DNA of 64,000 nt from Acanthaster planci (taxonomy: Eukaryota): positions 1,039,452-1,103,451 of the forward strand of contig NW_019091361.1 of the NCBI RefSeq assembly GCF_001949145.1, given 5' to 3'. This document shows, in pieces, positions 62,234 through 64,000 of this stretch. The position numbers and the translations under genes are program-made. Numbering within the stretch: the stretch's first letter is position 1; every line of letters starts with the position of its first letter. Under the pieces are notes generated by a model that was not told the DNA's origin, searched no databases, and saw only the letters and a list, made by a program, of their open reading frames with translations.

Positions 62234-64000
62234 GCAGCTATTTCTAAACTGTTGTTAAAATCAAACTTTACCTCCGCGACTTTTCTCTTGGAGGTACTAC
62301 GCAACTTCTGGTACCAAATTTGCGAAAATTGGACACAGTATTTTCAGGATTCGTGACAACAGAGGTTAATTTTCCATGTACGATATAGATCAATGTAACG
62401 TTATGAATAAAAATGTGAAAATGTAACCAAATCGTATAATATCAAAATAAACAATATAAATATCTTATTCACGTAATAATCCATCCAAATCACCAGGGTA
62501 CTTTCTTCTTGAGAGTTTTGCTAATATTGAAAAGGTGTATAAAATTATGTGCAGTTAACTGATTATTATGTGCATAATCAAAACACTAAACATAATGTCG
62601 CTTAATTATCTAAATGCATGTTAATAAGTCACTCTATCTCCGTAAAAACAATCGTGTCAATCGAGCATTCAATCTCTGAGAATAATCTTGGGGGGACTTA
62701 ATGGACCTCTCCAAGTGAACACAATGGTCGAAACTGGGCGGCCGATGTCCACAAAGCCTAGCAATAAACAACACTCGTCTCCTGAAGCTGTCAACTTCTT
62801 CAGTCGCGCGGGATAGCGCACACTTTGAACGGCACTGGCGAGTAAGTTATTCCAGCCCTGCCGTTCATCGCCAGTGGGGGTGTGTTGTCTTCTTTCTTGA
62901 AGGTGAACTGGTGCATGAAATAGCCGAAAAAGAGGAACAACTCCATTTTCGCCAGGTGATCGCCGATGCAGACGCGACGCCCTAGACAATTTAGTAAAGC
63001 AGAAAGAAACTACCGTCATATACGATAAAATTAATGAAACAAGTAATGTTTCAATAAATGGAAACATGTCATGAAGTGTACTGACCGATATATAGCGGAA
63101 TGGGAATTTTCTAGAATTTTTAACAACCTTGACGGTGATTTATCACTAAAATATGCCCCATGCACGCGTACATTGGAGATCAACCCAACTGGCCGAGCAC
63201 CTCCTTTTTGTAAGTGCTGGATCCGCCATTATTGATTATACCAAGTGCCAGTGACGTAAATTCGCAGGAGAGATGTAATATTGAGTATCAAAAGGTCCCT
63301 TTATTTACGAGTGCTTTTTAATATAGGTTTTCCCAGCCAATTTCCGGAAATGTGTAAATGAATTAGTAATAGCAGCATTCGTTTTCGAGCGATTTAGAAC
63401 AACCATTCAAATCTCCGTTTCTATTTAACGAATAGGCCTACAAATTCTATTTCAATGAGGATGCATTCAGTTGGATAAAGTCAGCGTTCACTTTCTCCAT
63501 ACTGCGCTGGTTTAGTATGTTGACATTCATTTTTGCGCAAATCGAATAAACCTCTGCAATCCTGCATTCATGTTAATTTGAATTCTATTTCGGAAAATGT
63601 GCAGGCAATTTCGCGCGAAGTGTTATTTAACGTAAGCCTTGTCAAGAAATAGAATGCTGTTGTGTGCTAACAGAAGTTACATTCTAAGAAGTGTTTAGTT
63701 AATTGGTTAAATGTTCGAATATTCATGATTGAAATAAACCATGCTGTCATTGGAAATATACCGATTATTGTAGGAAACCTATAAACATCGGCTGAGGGAA
63801 CCTTCCTCCTGGTGCTGCGTTTCACTATCAAAACCTTAATTTTTTTTTAGTTCGATGACAAACACATTATAAAAAATCCCTGAAAAGTGACATGACATTT
63901 GTTACCAAAGTGGTGTCATGATTTGTGTAAAATGGTATATTCTAATCAAATTGAACGTACATTTTGCAATTGTAAATTACAGTAAATGAAAAAAAAAATC

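Noticed and set aside
62024..63067. ORFs 62024-62356 (+) and 62669-63067 (-)
   Set aside because: No recognisable domain or convincing splice context; the first is driven by a 30-bp duplication in a repeat fragment.

Overview
Eukaryotic, intron-rich genomic DNA from a metazoan invertebrate. An echinoderm-like marine animal is plausible from the HYR/EGF gene content but cannot be established from the sequence. There are three assembly gaps (18415-18435, 26383-26551, 40964-41516). I spliced the genes by hand using GT-AG sites and reading phase. (1) The 3' part of a gene with two tandem TIR_2-type domains, a 51-aa tandem-repeat linker and a K-Ras4B-like polybasic+CaaX C-terminus (1-2969, +). (2) An orphan death-domain exon downstream of that gene (about 5957-6310, +). 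(3) An unknown tail-anchored membrane protein (about 10175-15007, +). (4) MTHFS (17203-19286, -). (5) A 29-exon type I membrane protein of roughly 1,700 aa: signal peptide, Reeler, 18 EGF, 4 HYR-like, Sushi, furin-site domain, GCC2/GCC3 repeat, TM and signalling tail (22362-51490, +); one EGF exon carries a frameshift. (6) Cyclophilin B with an unusual loop insertion (56131-59555, -). (7) The probable 5' exons of a divergently transcribed gene at about 60.9-61.5 kb. Introns and intergenic DNA contain two degraded LINE fragments, several MITEs (hAT-like with an 8-bp TSD, piggyBac-like TTAA-flanked, long-TIR), hairpins and tandem repeats. The best candidates for an undescribed system are the membrane-tethered, catalytic-Glu-retaining double-TIR protein with its neighbouring death-domain exon, and the Reeler-EGF-HYR receptor with its expanding array of symmetric exons.
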